NCBI RefSeq assembly: GCF_001194135.2
Contig: NC_068983.1
Location: 1,930,917-1,994,916 of the forward strand
DNA length: 64,000 nucleotides
Origin: Octopus bimaculoides
Taxonomy: Eukaryota
Direction: 5' to 3'
A model generated the notes under the pieces. It was not told the origin of the DNA. It saw nothing but the letters and a program-made list of their open reading frames with translations, and did not search any database. The translations under genes were made by a program, and so were the position numbers. Every line of letters starts with the position of its first letter. The stretch's first letter is position 1. Shown here in pieces: positions 1-13,065 of the stretch.

Positions 1-929
1 TAAATAATTTCCCCTATTTTTGCTGCTCTTGGTTTGAAGCGAGACACAACCACTTGTCAATAACATGATTATTAACAAGCTACAGAATAACAACAACAGT
101 ATCAGTGAAAGTAGCAGTAGTAGTAGTAGTAATATAGGATCACAGTTACGAAGTTAGAGAGATCTCTGTATTCGTATGCATATAAGCAAACATTTGGGAA
201 GCAAAATGCACAGTAAACGGGGGTAAATATCTAACAAAAGACATAGTAAGCCCCAACGAAGAAATATCTATGAATATAATAAATAAATACATAAGTTTCA
301 GAATAATATATGCGCAATATATTTTATGTGCATAGTCATAAATCTCAAGAGAGCATAAATATGAAGATAGCAGGTAGAAATGCTTGGAGATATGATAGAG
401 AGGATATGTAATGAAATAGAAAAAAATGGAAATAAAAGAAATATTCTCAAATGAAAGTAAGAACATTTAAAATAAATGTAGCAAAATAAGACATCTTCGA
501 TTTTGCAAAAGACATTTAAATATATGTGAAAATAAATAACACCGAAAAATGTCAGTGTTTATAGTTATCAAACGATAGAGAACTGAAAAGGAATACAAGC
601 GATAGAGAAATGAAAATGTAAATCAAATAACATGCTCTTTTATTAACTCATCAGACAAACATAATTCTGTCGTTCAGAAGTTCGATCCGCAACTATACTT
701 TTAAGGTTTCAGTCGCACTAGAAAGAAACCTGAAACAGGCGTTGCTGTGTAGTAAGAATATGCTTGCCAACCACACTAAACATTATATGTGTGAACCTTT
801 TTCAAGACCTACAAATCGTACGAGAGCCAACTCCCTGTCTGCATTAAATAAACTCTTCCAAGTGTAAGGAACTTATTATAATGGTGAAGAGGCTCTAGAG
901 ATTTATCAAATCTTAATTTCAAATTGTTT

Positions 930-1130
930 TATATTTCACTTGCTTCAATCATTAGACTGTGGCTATGCTGGGGTAATATCTTGAAAGATTTTACCCGAAT
1001 GAATTAATTCTAGCGCTTTCTTTCATCCTGCTACTTACTCTATCGGACTGTTTTTGCGAACCGCATGATTACTAGAACGTAAACACAATAACTCCTGTTG
1101 TCAAGCGGTAGTGGGGGGACAAACAAACAA
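930..1130 (-). mobile_element. SINE family A (tRNA-head SINE with CR1-like tail), 3' half
   Basis: Degenerate reverse-strand match to the tail of the fuller copies at 35355-35760 and 40774-41205 (cttgcttcaatcattagactgtggctatgctgg...gcgaaccgc...gtcaagcggtagtggggggacaaac). Confidence 0.7.
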
Positions 1131-1134
1131 ACAA

Positions 1135-1172
<38 letters not shown>

Positions 1173-1184
1173 GTATATATGTAA

Positions 1185-1220
<36 letters not shown>

Positions 1221-1319
1221 GAGTTAAGTAATTGTGTAGATAGCATCGGAAGTGGTAAATATACAAGCGAGGTGACAACCGAAGACTCCTGTTCAGGCCA
1301 TGAGTATCTTAACTGAATA

Positions 1320-1525
1320 AAATTTTAAGACCCTTGGACCGCTGAAATCTACAAGTTTCTTTCTTTCTTTCTTTCTCTCTCTCTGTTTGCTTTCTCTTAT
1401 TCCTTTCTGCTGAAGAGTGTAGGCTCGAAAGGTAAAATACAATTTCGTTTTTCCGGAGCGTCGAACTAATACACTTGCTAGTTGTTCATACAGCTGTCTT
1501 CGTCTTTTGTGTTTCTATAAATTTC

Positions 1526-1530
<5 letters not shown>
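1320..1530 (+). mobile_element. Penelope-like pLTR fragment with hammerhead-like core
   Basis: CTGAAGAgtgtaggctcGAAA at 1410-1430, then ctgtcttcgtcttttgtgtttctataaatttcaac(TA)n. A homologous copy lies inverted at 9181-9320. Confidence 0.6.
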
Positions 1531-1585
<55 letters not shown>

Positions 1586-1959
1586 CCGGTCAGATTGTGA
1601 CCACTGATGTCGAACCTATAAGACGCTTAGTTGTATAGGCAACTCCTCAGCCTTAAGTGGCCGGAGGTATAAAACCTTCCTACAACTGGAGAAATGGATG
1701 TCATTTTGAGAAAAAAATTCCTAAAAACATTCGGAAAAGATTCTACTGGCAAAGCTTTGGACGAGGCAGAATCATCCCCTTACATCAGTATCAGCTATAT
1801 CTACGACAGGCCAGGCAAAGGTGCCCGAGGCTGGCAGCATTTCCATTCTTGGTAAATGAAGATTTCTATGTTTTCCACATAAATTCCGTCTAATGTGGGC
1901 ACTGACTGAACACATATGTTTTCGAGTTTAAAATGTCCCCGGACTAAAAGAGTCCTTCA

Positions 1960-2122
1960 GGATTCTTGCTCTTTCGGACCTTATCGATTCAGCAAAACAT
2001 ACCGATGGGTTAAGTTCCAAGTTTGAATAGAAATAGCTATTGGTGTAGATTTGTTCGACTAAAATTCTTCAAGGCAGTGCCCCAGCTTGGCCGCAGTCTA
2101 ATGACTGAAACAAGTGAAAGGT
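1960..2122 (+). mobile_element. SINE family A, 3' tail fragment
   Basis: gatttgttcgactaaaattcttcaaggcagtgccccagcttggccgcagtctaatgactgaaacaagt matches the family A tail (compare 46960-47040). Confidence 0.75.
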
Positions 2123-2542
2123 ATACGGTGGTGTTATCACAGATGCACTGCGTCTGGAACAGGTGCAGAATGCTCACAGCTAGATTCACTTTGCTCATTC
2201 ATTGATTTATACGATGTGGATTACCAAATGTTAGACCTTTGATCTGTAAAATGTCTTTGCCCATACGATGGAAGTAATATTATCGTTCTTGTTATGTTTG
2301 GGTTGGGAAAACACAGAATTTATTTTCTTCTTGTAGCTACGTTTCTTAGATGTTTGTATTTTTGGCATTCACCTACTCAACATTCCGGATCTCATTTATT
2401 GTATATCGTTATTGTAAATTCTATCGTACCTGGCAAACGTGGCGGTTAGCGCGTGCCTCATTTCACACCATTCTTGAACAGTTTTCTTAAAGTGTTTGTG
2501 CCCTTTCGTACTTCCTCTGATTTAAACACACCAAACATATTA

Positions 2543-2758
2543 TTCTTTTCTACTCTAGGCACAAGGCCCGAAATTTTGGGGGAGGGGGCCAGTCGATTAT
2601 ATCGACCCAAATACGCAACCGGTACTTAATTTATCCATCCCGAAAGATGAAAGGCAAAGTCGACCTCTGCGGAATTTGAACTGAGAACGAATAGACAGAC
2701 GAAATTCCGCTAATCCTTTGGTCCGGCGTGTTAACATTTCTACCAGCTCGCCACCTTA
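2543..2758 (-). mobile_element. SINE family B (head aaggcggcgagctggcag...), near full length
   Basis: Reverse strand has a pol III-like head with B box gagttcaaattccgc. Multiple homologues at 3657-3797, 18963-19165, 19240-19393, 52790-52895, 55370-55580 and 62084-62297. Confidence 0.8.
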
Positions 2759-3186
2759 CAACAAACATATTGAAATTTCTACGGGTATTCTACTCTCTCA
2801 AAATTTAACAAACTGAAAGAAAATGTTATTCTAATATAATTGCGGAGATTTATTTGAAAAAAAATTTTAAGATTTATTCCAGTAGAAATTATTGCTCCCT
2901 ATTCAAAGACAGAGAACAACATTTTTCAGCCATAATGGTGACCTATTTTGAAACAAAAGCTTGAACGCTTGTGCGCAGTTATGCGTCTTTTATAAATATT
3001 TAATATTTGCTAAATGGCGTTTGTCAACATCCAAAATACTATTTTTTGAAGGGAAATACAATGATCCGTTCTTTGTTTCTTTAACATATTTTTAGATTTG
3101 TCTTGTAAAAATCTGTTTCCAAAACAAAATAAAAACACAGGAATCAAATGTAAGTTACAAATAGTATTCAGGAATTTTCCTCTTTG

Positions 3187-3556
3187 CGGCACTCCGTCGG
3201 TTACGACGACGAGGGTTCCAGTTGATACAATGAACGGAACAGCCTGCTAGTGAAATTAAGGTGCAAGTCGATGAGCATTCCACAGACACGTGTACCCTCA
3301 ACGTAGTTCTCGGGGAGATTCAACGTGACACAGAGTGTGACAAGGTTGGCCCTTTGAAATACAAGTGCAACAGAAAGAGTGAGAAAGTTGTGGTAGAAGA
3401 GTACAGCAGGGTTCGCCACCACCACCCTACCGGAGCTTCGTGGAGCTTTAAGTGCTTTGGCTCAATAAACACTCACAACGACCTGTCTGGGAATCGAAAC
3501 CGTGACCCTACGACTGCAAGTTTGCTGCCCTAACCACTGGGTCATTGCGCCTCTAC
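3187..3556 (-). mobile_element. SINE family C (tRNA-derived), full length
   Basis: Reverse strand starts ggcgcaatgacccagtggttagggcag (A box) ... ggtttcgattccc (B box). Collinear with the + copy at 37064-37421, including gggtacacgtgtctgtgga and the end ccctcgtcgtc...accgacggagtg. Confidence 0.85.
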
Positions 3557-3656
3557 ATTCAGGAAATTAACAGTATTTCAACACGTATAATGACACAGGG
3601 TGAATATTTAATATCACCATATTTTTACATTACTTCCAATATGATACTATTTTTCT

Positions 3657-3797
3657 TGAGTTCAAACGCCGCTGGAATCGATTTTGCCTTTCATCCTTTT
3701 GGAGTCGATAAAATAAGCACCAATTGATCACTGTAGTCGATGTAATCGAATTACCCACTCTTTCGAAATTGCTGGCCTTGTGCCAAAATTTGAAGCT
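3657..3797 (+). mobile_element. SINE family B, partial
   Basis: gagttcaaacgccgctggaatcgattttgcctttcatccttttggagtcgataaaataagcacc...ggccttgtgcc is the reverse complement of 2543-2700. Confidence 0.75.
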
Positions 3798-4575
3798 AAT
3801 ATGATAGAGTTTGTGAGTATCCCTGATTAGTGACAATGTAAATTAATAAGCTGTCATCTATTCTAGTTTGAAGTGAAATCATATCCTATGTCTTAAGTGG
3901 ATTCACTTACACAGCTTCTTCGCTTTTTGCTTTGTAAAATACACAAAGATTTGACTTAGTAGCACTAGCGCAAAAAAATAAGAGCAAAAATTAAGTATAT
4001 AAGGTCACGGAAGGGTAAAAAGGAGTCAACGACTCAATCGAATGGATTTATTTCTACTGCAATATTATTTTTAGAGAAATTAAGAACACAGCGGGAGATC
4101 ATGTTTGTTTCTCTAACAATCATTTATTTCTTTTCTACTGAAATAACAAATGGCATTAAAGATTGGGCCATGGTGTTTGAGGTGACGACTAATTAACTGT
4201 TTTCAATAATTTGGTACAGTTCAATTAAACAGCTTATTCATTCTGGAAGGGAAAAATATCACATATTCACGCACTAAAAATGGCTATTGACATCTGACCC
4301 ATTTCGCTACCATTAGCCCAACAAACAAACAGGCAATATTGTCTTCGAAACGCCTAGTCTAGAATAGAGGCAGCTGATAAAGGAATAATTCCATAAGTGG
4401 TTTGTCTGTTTTCCTATGTGTTCGTTCTGTTGTCTGTAAACAAAGTCCGTTTTTGTTTTTTATGTCCCCGTTCACTTTTCTGACGTTCTGTACCCGGATA
4501 TGCATATATATATACATGTAGATGTAGGTATGTACATGTATGTATGTATACATGCATATGCTCATATATCATTTG

Positions 4576-4606
<31 letters not shown>

Positions 4607-5646
4607 TATATTGATTAGTGTGTTCTAAAATTAGCAGGACAATATTGTCGTGTGATTTATATTTTTGCTATTTTAAGGAAAGGTATGTTAATTGTATTTG
4701 GATTTATGATAAAAGTCCATTTGTGTATAGTGCTAAAAGACACCTTAAATTTTCTAACAGTAGAACAAGGCCTCAGATTTTGAATGACGCGTGCAACTGA
4801 TTTAATCGAGATGAGGGATTGGTAGTTATTTAATAAATGCTGGAGCATCAGGAGCAAAGGTGATCTTAGTGTGAGATGAATGGAAGATAAAAAAATAACG
4901 TAAACCAATCCTAGAAGGCATTGAATCGATCATACAACCAGTTTCTTACTCGATGTCCTTTATATTGAATTAATATTATTATCAGAATGCCTAGCTTAGC
5001 AGATGAAATGCAATTTGCTTTCCTCTAAGGATAAATGTTTTTGTTCTTAGGAAAAATATGATACGATGTTATAAACGAAAAGAAATGGAGGTTTTGATTA
5101 GAAAACCGGTACTACGTTGGTGTGAAGTAAAACAGTCAACTAAAGGCAAAATCCAAAACTAGTTTGAAAATGAGAATAGGTTTGGTTGATGTGAGAAGAC
5201 AAATATTGGAATGTTTCGGAAAGAGTCCTTCAACAAAGGTCCGTCAGGTTCTTTCGTTCATGAAGCCAACCAAAGTTACTGGCGCCAACAAATTCGTATA
5301 GAATTATATTGCCATTTTCCCCGGAATAGATTCTCTCCATTTTACTCAGTCTGCTAAGATTCTGAATTTTAACCAGTTTAAATCTGCACTTTTATGTATT
5401 TTAATTACGTAAATCATTTTACTTCAGTATCTGATTGAAGTACCGTTAGAATACCGACAAAATTTAACCATAAAAGAAAACTTGTGCCACAAAACGAGAA
5501 ACACAATGAATCTTATTTAAATGTATAAATTGCTGTTGATATCTGAGGTTTACTTCAATTGTCACACATCAAACCAATATATCATGCGAACGTCTAAAAG
5601 CAACGGGATTAAAATTATAAACGAATATAAACAGTCTCTCTCTCTT

Positions 5647-5696
<50 letters not shown>

Positions 5697-6751
5697 CATA
5701 TATATATTTATTTATTTATATAACAGTGATCAAAATTATGTGTATAGCATTCAGAGCACACAGCAAATCTTGAACGAATAATAAGAAAAACAGAACAGCA
5801 GAGTCAACTAACTACATCTATAGGTATTTAAGAAAAACTTAGAAACATGTTTCCGAATCTTTATACGTAATCAAGCAAATTATACGAAAACAGATACATG
5901 TAGAAGTTCATTGTTACTGTCTCCGAAAAGTTACTTTCTTTGGCATGTATCGAATTTTCTTCTGGAAATGTCAAAATGGCAGCTTGGCCATCTCGCTGAA
6001 ATTTCATTCAATATATAATGTAAATAGTAAATGTGGCCAGCCATCTGAGACTATACACCACATTGCATCAGAATGTTCAATATTAGCCACTGTAATTATA
6101 TTCTTGGAGACATAACACCAAGTAAGTATGTTTAACATAGACAGGGTCAACTAACATTTTACAAAAATATAAGTAATCCACTACCTTCTTAGAATATAAC
6201 AATGTCTTCCTATTTTGGTGTGGAAAATGTTGTCGCTTCTACTATTCCACTGCACTAGGATTTAATTACTGACATCGAGATTATCTTTTAAGTGGATATT
6301 GGGCATTTAGTTCACGGATTATTTGTTATGAAATTGAATAGCCTCATGGCTGTCATTTATGCGGATAGAAGAGATACTTTGGCCGGTTGGCCGGTTTAAT
6401 GCCATCGCTTACCAGCTTGGGTGAATTTAGCAGAGTACAGTCTGTTCCATACATTCAGATCAACTCTTTAGTTTAAAAAGTATTCCTCTTCTTCTCACTA
6501 CCCTCAGACGCTCTGTAGAAGGTCAAATGCACTATCTTTTCTGTCTGAGTAAAATAAAAAAATAATTAGTCAAACGCGCTTTCTACAACACATACAAGAA
6601 GAATGCACACCTACTTCAAATAGGTTTCATTTCATTTTTTTCTTTTTCTCTCGCTTTTCACTCAATTTTGATGAAGGATTCACCGGGAAAGTTTGCCTAC
6701 TACTTTTCCTTTTTTCAGCAATTACTCATTCTGTATAACTTTTATTCTTAC

Positions 6752-6786
<35 letters not shown>

Positions 6787-7394
6787 CTTCTTTTCATTTT
6801 GTCCGTCAGTTTCCGAAATGCTTGTCTCTCATGTGAAGGCGGGTAGCCTAGTGTTAAATTTGTTGCACCCACGATCATTAGATCATGGGTTGCGTTCCCA
6901 GACTAGATCGTGTATTGTGTTCTTGAGCAAACTACTTTCTTTTACAATGTTCTTGTGGGGTGGGGACTGTTGCGTCAAAGAATAGACCCAAAGATTTCCT
7001 CTGCGTGTCGTAAAAGGCAGCTAAAAGAGGTTGAGGTAGGATTTGCAATCCGACTTCGTAAAACCCTTACCAGCAGCGACTACCCAAAAGACAAACAAAT
7101 GGATTGAAGGATTGTAACCCGAGTTGTGCAAAAACATCACCCCTGCTCCAGAAGTAGTAGGGAATCATCAACAAATGTTGGACGCAGCGATGCGCTGTTA
7201 CAACGCATGCAGCCATGCTGCCAATACTACTACTGCTACTATTACTACTACTGATGCTGCTGCTGCTGCAACCGTTGTCCGTCTCTTGTTCCTATCGTTG
7301 TACTTGTGCTATTTCACTGATAAAAATAATCTACTGCTTATCTCAAATTTCTTGCTCATTTAGTTTTAATCCACTGCAACTTTTGAAATAGCGA

Positions 7395-7812
7395 CGGTGG
7401 CCAATTTACAGTATTCCTTGAAAACAAGGAAACCTGAAGACATTATTGTAGTGGAAAACATGATGGTCATGTAAACACTCCCTTCGGTCATGAATGACTA
7501 TGGGATTGCGCCCAGAAAGTTCCCTTCCAAGGCACAGTCCGCGCAAGTTTGTTTTATGGAAGACCAACAATCATACATGCATACCAGCCTCCTCTCTCTC
7601 CACGTCACTGATGTTATCCAAGGGTGAGGCAAAGGTTGATACATCTTGGCAGCAGTGCGTTCGCAACTTATTTCTGCAGCTCAGTGAACTGGAACAACGT
7701 GAAATAAAGTATCTTGCTCAGGAGAACACAATACACAGTCCGGTCCGGGAATCGAATTCACTACCTCATGATTATTAGCCTGACGCTCTAACCCCTGAGC
7801 TAGGCGCCATCA
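7395..7812 (-). mobile_element. tRNA-SINE family D
   Basis: Reverse strand head gatggcgcctagctcaggggttagagcgtcagg...tgaattcgattcccggacc (A and B boxes), followed by cagttcactgagctgcagaaataagttgcg body. Confidence 0.65.
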
Positions 7813-8721
7813 CCATGAACGCCTTTGATAATTATCTCTCTGAGTACTGCTCTCTGTCAGTCAATAACTCTTGCAAATATTCAAATATTGGTTTTTAAGC
7901 AGATTCGTTGCGAATCATTCTACAGTGTCTGAATTTCGAGGAATCTGCATAGAAACCGCACAAGTACGCCCCACTCAATTACAAAATATGTGTGTCTGTT
8001 ATTACGAAGGTGTTATTGCCGATTATAATATTTTGATCTTTAGCAGGCTATGTTTTGTGAAGGAAATTTATTTCCACTTGCAAATCCCTATAAAAATGCA
8101 GAATAATCTTGCGTTTGTGTAAGGCACGCTCTTTAATCTCGTCTTGAACTCAAGCATATCTGCACAATATATCCAAGGTATTAATTATTCAGGATATACA
8201 TTATATTTCTAATTTCGCTGATATTTCGAATCGCTTCCTGCCAATGTGTGCCTCCAATAAGTCTTGTTAAGTATCCCTTTTCCCAAATCCTTATTTATAT
8301 AGCTTTCTCCAAATGCGAACCGCCAGTAAATACCAAACAAACACCTGTACCCTCTCTTTTGTGTCATATCTACGAAAAGCGGGATCTCGTCTGTCACTCA
8401 GCCAAAGCAAAGTTTTCGATGGAACAATGCCATGGCGTTGACAAGAAGAGAGGCCATCGAGTGTACCAGACCAGAATTTCCGTCTAGTTAAATGTGCTGC
8501 CTTTCGTTTATATTCCTTCGTCTATGAAGTGCCAGAAGGTTGTCTTCAGCCTTGCAGTGTTCGCTGATCTTACCATGTTTCACTGACTTCGCGCTTATAT
8601 ACTTTGGGCGGGAGGCAAAATATACAGTTACATATAATACAAATATGACAACGTCCGCCTTTCAATGTTGTTTTTTTATCTTTCTCTTGTATATTCTCTC
8701 TCTCGCCTCTCATTCTGTATT

Positions 8722-8774
<53 letters not shown>

Positions 8775-9180
8775 CATACACATTTAGATTAGCTGAAATA
8801 TGTTTGTCACATGTTACAACTGCTAAAAGACAAATACACTGCAGTTACCGCGGAGAAAAAATCTCTCTTATGATAAAAAGGTGTTAAAACACCCAGTTTC
8901 TTCAGTGTCGCCGTCTCTCGGGAATCTCAGACATCGATGTTTCGAGTTTTTGACTCTTGTCAATGAGATGTATGTACGACAGGCAACTCGGAACGAACTA
9001 AATAAAACTTGTATCTTTATAAATAATTCAGTCAACACGTTGACTGATTTGTTCTATTAGGTTGCCCGATCAAATTAATTAACAGAGCATAGGCGAAAAG
9101 CAATGTTTAGGTATGACCAGAATTTAGGTTAGTTGAAGTATTTCAACTAACCTGAATTCTGCTCATATCTAAGTAGTTTT

Positions 9181-9420
9181 ATATATAGTTGAAATTTACA
9201 GAAAAACAAAAGACGAAGACAGGTTATTAGCTTAACGCTCGAGAAGATGAGAAAGTATTTTACGTTTCGAGCCTACGCTCTTCAACAGAAAAGGACGCGA
9301 TGAAATAAACAGAGAATATATAAAAAAACCTTTGAGCTACAGGTCAATCATGGCGGCTGGACAAAGATAGTTAGACAGGAGAGCTAGGAAGAAGGGGAGA
9401 TGTTAAAGTATTGTTGAACC
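9181..9420 (-). mobile_element. Penelope-like pLTR fragment
   Basis: tacgtttcgagcctacgctcttcaacag (9261-9288) is the reverse complement of the hammerhead-like motif at 1410-1430. The flank gttgaaatttacagaaaaacaaaagacgaagacag also matches. Confidence 0.6.
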
Positions 9421-12118
9421 CCAAACGAAGGGTGTAAGTGTGTATAGGTGCTGTAAATGTGTGCGTGTGGATGCGTGTGAGAATGAGTTAGTACGTGTAT
9501 GGGATGGCGTTATAAAATACATATTCAAACATATTTCTATCACATCTCTCTCCCTCCCCCGCCTCTATTTTTCTCTCTCCCTCCTCCGCCTCTATTTTTC
9601 TCTCTCTATCTATCTGTCTTTTTTACTCGTTACTATATGTAGCCAAGTTTCCACGGTGTCGCCCTCACACTCTATCTCCCCTAACGCAATATATCAGATA
9701 TTACAATGTCACAAAGCTTGAAACCTCACTGCTATCTTCTAAATAAGACGATTTCTAGGAGCTAGTTTTGTGTCATTAAAGTTGGTGACGCCTGGATGTC
9801 TAACGCCTTCAACAACGACGACAACATTCAATAATGTGGCACGAGGCCAATATAAATTCTTTTATATTTGATAAAGCTGTTTAATCTCAAATCACTTCCT
9901 GTGTTAATTTGGGAAGGTAAATGGCAAATTGCTTTCGTTTAACAGATCGTTCTGTTATTTTGTAAACATCCTGTCATAATGATTGCTAATACTGTAAAGA
10001 GCATATAGATAATTACGGGCTAAGTACAGGGATCATAGTTTGGTATTTCTATGAAATCATTTTATTTAACCCATTAAAACACTTCTCGTTATTTCTACCG
10101 GATTTTCGATACTGTTCAACGTTGTTACTTAGCTCTGCAGTATTCCTAATAATAATAATAATAATAATAATGAACAGCAAAATTATTAGATATTATTGAA
10201 ATGTCTGTGACAGAAGTCTCCAGGTTTTGAAGCTTTGAGGAAATTGCTTTTCAATTGGTTGTGTTGCCACAGAGTCTCCTAAGAAACTATTCATTTGGTT
10301 GTAATTAGATTCTTTGACAGAAGATGATTTCCAAAATGTTTCTAATGATATTTTCCTTAATGCTAAACTTTTCTGCTCTGCTCTTTACACATTAATCATT
10401 TTAAACAAATTTTGATGGCTTATTTTCAACTTTGTAGTTTTGAAAGACTATTCAGATATGTAATTGAATGACTATTAAAATATGTAGTTTTGAAAAAAAG
10501 AAAGAAGAAATATATTTATTGAATATTTGATTTAAGGTGAATTTTGTTAGTTTTAGATATTTTAATATCTTAATTCGCGTTTTAGTATTTCCTTATATTG
10601 TACTTACTTCTATTCAACGTAGTTTTATTTCTTTTAATTTACCTGGAAGGAGAGTTAGTATCATTTGAATTATCTTACATCTCAACTTTCAATATCTATT
10701 TCACTATTTTACTTTCGCCTTCCGGTAATATTATGTATGTTGTTGTTGTCTATCTTCTCTACTATCACATTACATTCTTTAACGTCGATATGTAAGAATA
10801 AGAGTTTTAAAAATAAACTTACTTTCATGTTTATTCAAAGAAGTTCTTAATTGTTTGGCGATTGTCTGTTTTTCGTATAATTGATTTTACTAATGATAAT
10901 AATGTCTTACACTAACTCACATGATAATACAACGGTATACAACTGGTTCTGAAGCTTCAACGCTTTTCAGAAAAAGACGCTGTGACATTCATATGAGCTG
11001 TCACATTTCTTGAAACTCACAACACAAATTTCATGTGTTAGTCACTTTTTAGTTCATGAATGATATGTAATGCTATTTCAAACGTTCTGTTCTTTGTATT
11101 ATACAGTTTAAGGTCTACCATGCTTATTTTCCTTTTCCCGTTGCTTCTTGTTTAGTCTCGTTTAGCATGGTCGTCGAGTTGTCAGCAGCAGAGAGGTAAG
11201 AAGCTAACATGAGAAGGCCTTTTGGAAGAGTCACCTTCTTGTAGACATCTCTTTGACTATTTCATATTTCGTTTGGGTCGGTGAAATCTCCTGCTCTTTA
11301 TTCGTAACATGTCCTGTGCAGCTGGTGTTGCCTCGATTATGACAAATACATTTGGAATGCCTGATTAGGGAAATTGTCCAAATATTTCTGGCAATTCCGT
11401 TGTGCCAATGTCAGATCATATTACAGCTTCATATTTGCTTTAGTGGAAGCATAACAGGTACCTTACACACACATGCATAAAGACTGGAATTGATCATTAC
11501 TCACGGAAATTAATCTATATATATATATATACATAGATAGGTAGGAAAATAGGTAAATAAATATAGATAGACAAAGAGATAGATATTCAGTCTTATATTA
11601 TTGTGCATTGGGACCTTATTTTAACTATAGAGACTTCCCAAATATTTACGGAGCATATCTCGAACACACTCGCGCGTGCGCGCGCGTGTATATGTGAAAT
11701 TATGTTTATGCGATGGGTTTGTTCATTTCAACAGTCTTATATCCACATATATGTTGATATTGTTCATGCATGCCTTCAGTTATTATTAAAAGAAGCTCTC
11801 CTTCCAGGGCATAATATTGTTGCTACGAATTATGTAGCTGTATTAATAAAATTTATGAGTCTTGTTTTACGAGAATTAACATTGATTTCTCCACAGTAAA
11901 TCTCAAAGTTCTGTTTATAGATAATGCAGTAGAACATAAACTATTTCGAAACCAATTTTTCGATGCCCATTAGATATGGTAGAAAAATCTTTAGCAAATA
12001 GCGCTTTCTTGTACTTGTTATATGTGTATTTTGTGGTAGGCCGGTTAGGTCTTGGAATACACACTACACCTCAAGTCAATTTCTGTATTACTGTGATCTC
12101 TTCGGTCTTCCAACACAC

Positions 12119-12149
<31 letters not shown>

Positions 12150-12682
12150 CTAGCAGCTAATCCCGGTTTCACCCGGCCTGTTTGGATAATTTGGCTCTGA
12201 TCGTTTTCGGTTAGGTATAATCTATAACCGCGTTTCTCAACCTTATCATTTCGGGTCCCCTGTTTCGATTGGAGCCTCTAGCTGTATGAAGATCTCATCA
12301 CCCCACTGTCAGAAAATGGCTTCAGGAGTTGTGAAGAAAGAATTTGTACGTATTCTGTTTCTGAGAGCTATTCTATTGGACATCTGTATAATCATTAAAA
12401 CATTTATTTAATTATGAACATAGAAAAAAATTATACATTAATCCCAATTTTTGTAAGCAGTTGTAACCGTAAAATTGTATTTTCAGAGAGCAGAAATTGA
12501 AAGATGTATGAAATGGACGTGTGTGCGTGCATGCGTGCGTGCGGGAAAGAGAAGGAGGGCAAGATAGAGTGAATGAATGAAGTTGTGTGTCATTGACTTA
12601 CGTTGGCTGGCACGGCAAGTACGAAGCTTTTGAGGCGGCAGATGACTGGGTGATTTGGAAGCTGTGAAGAAATGCCGTCTTT

Positions 12683-13065
12683 TCAGTGGAGCACTTCTTT
12701 GTAGGCAACGTTTCTCGTTTTCCCTTCTGATGCAGAAACGTACAGACTTTCTGGCCTGCCAACAAGGGAGCATTCAACGTAATGTTGACCGAGGGAGAAC
12801 ACTTGCTCTGTTAGATTTAAACCAACCATTTGCACTAATTCACCCTGTACCTTATTTATTGCCATTTAACAGGAAATTGAAGCCGCTTAGACTTGTGGAT
12901 CGGAGGGAGGGAGGGACATTGGAGTTATAAGAACATCTTGACCAGCGGCAGTTCCGTTGAAGATGGTTGCCTGAAGAACACGTGAGTATAAATTTTGATT
13001 ATCATGCGCTTGCTGAAACACGTTATTGGCGCTTCCAATTGCCGTAAGAGCATGATGGGCGCCCC
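12683..13065 (-). pseudogene. Helitron Pif1-like helicase C-terminal remnant (frameshifted)
   Basis: Peptides across three frames: GAPIMLLRQL; SRVLQATIFNGTAAGQDVLI; KRLQFPVK; AINKVQG...VGLNLTEQVFSLGQHYVECSLVG...EGKTRNVAYKEVL. Together these match the Helitron helicase motif V/VI region. Confidence 0.85.

Noticed and set aside
1585-1960. GC-richer block with a 78-aa ORF and a weak CTGAAGG...GAAA motif on the minus strand
   Set aside because: Likely a retroelement UTR fragment. No recognisable domain, and the ribozyme core is non-canonical.
3187-3556. tRNA-like heads here and at 7740-7812 and 37064-37130
   Set aside because: They have A and B boxes but no complete cloverleaf, and continue into shared SINE bodies. 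These are SINEs, not tRNA genes.
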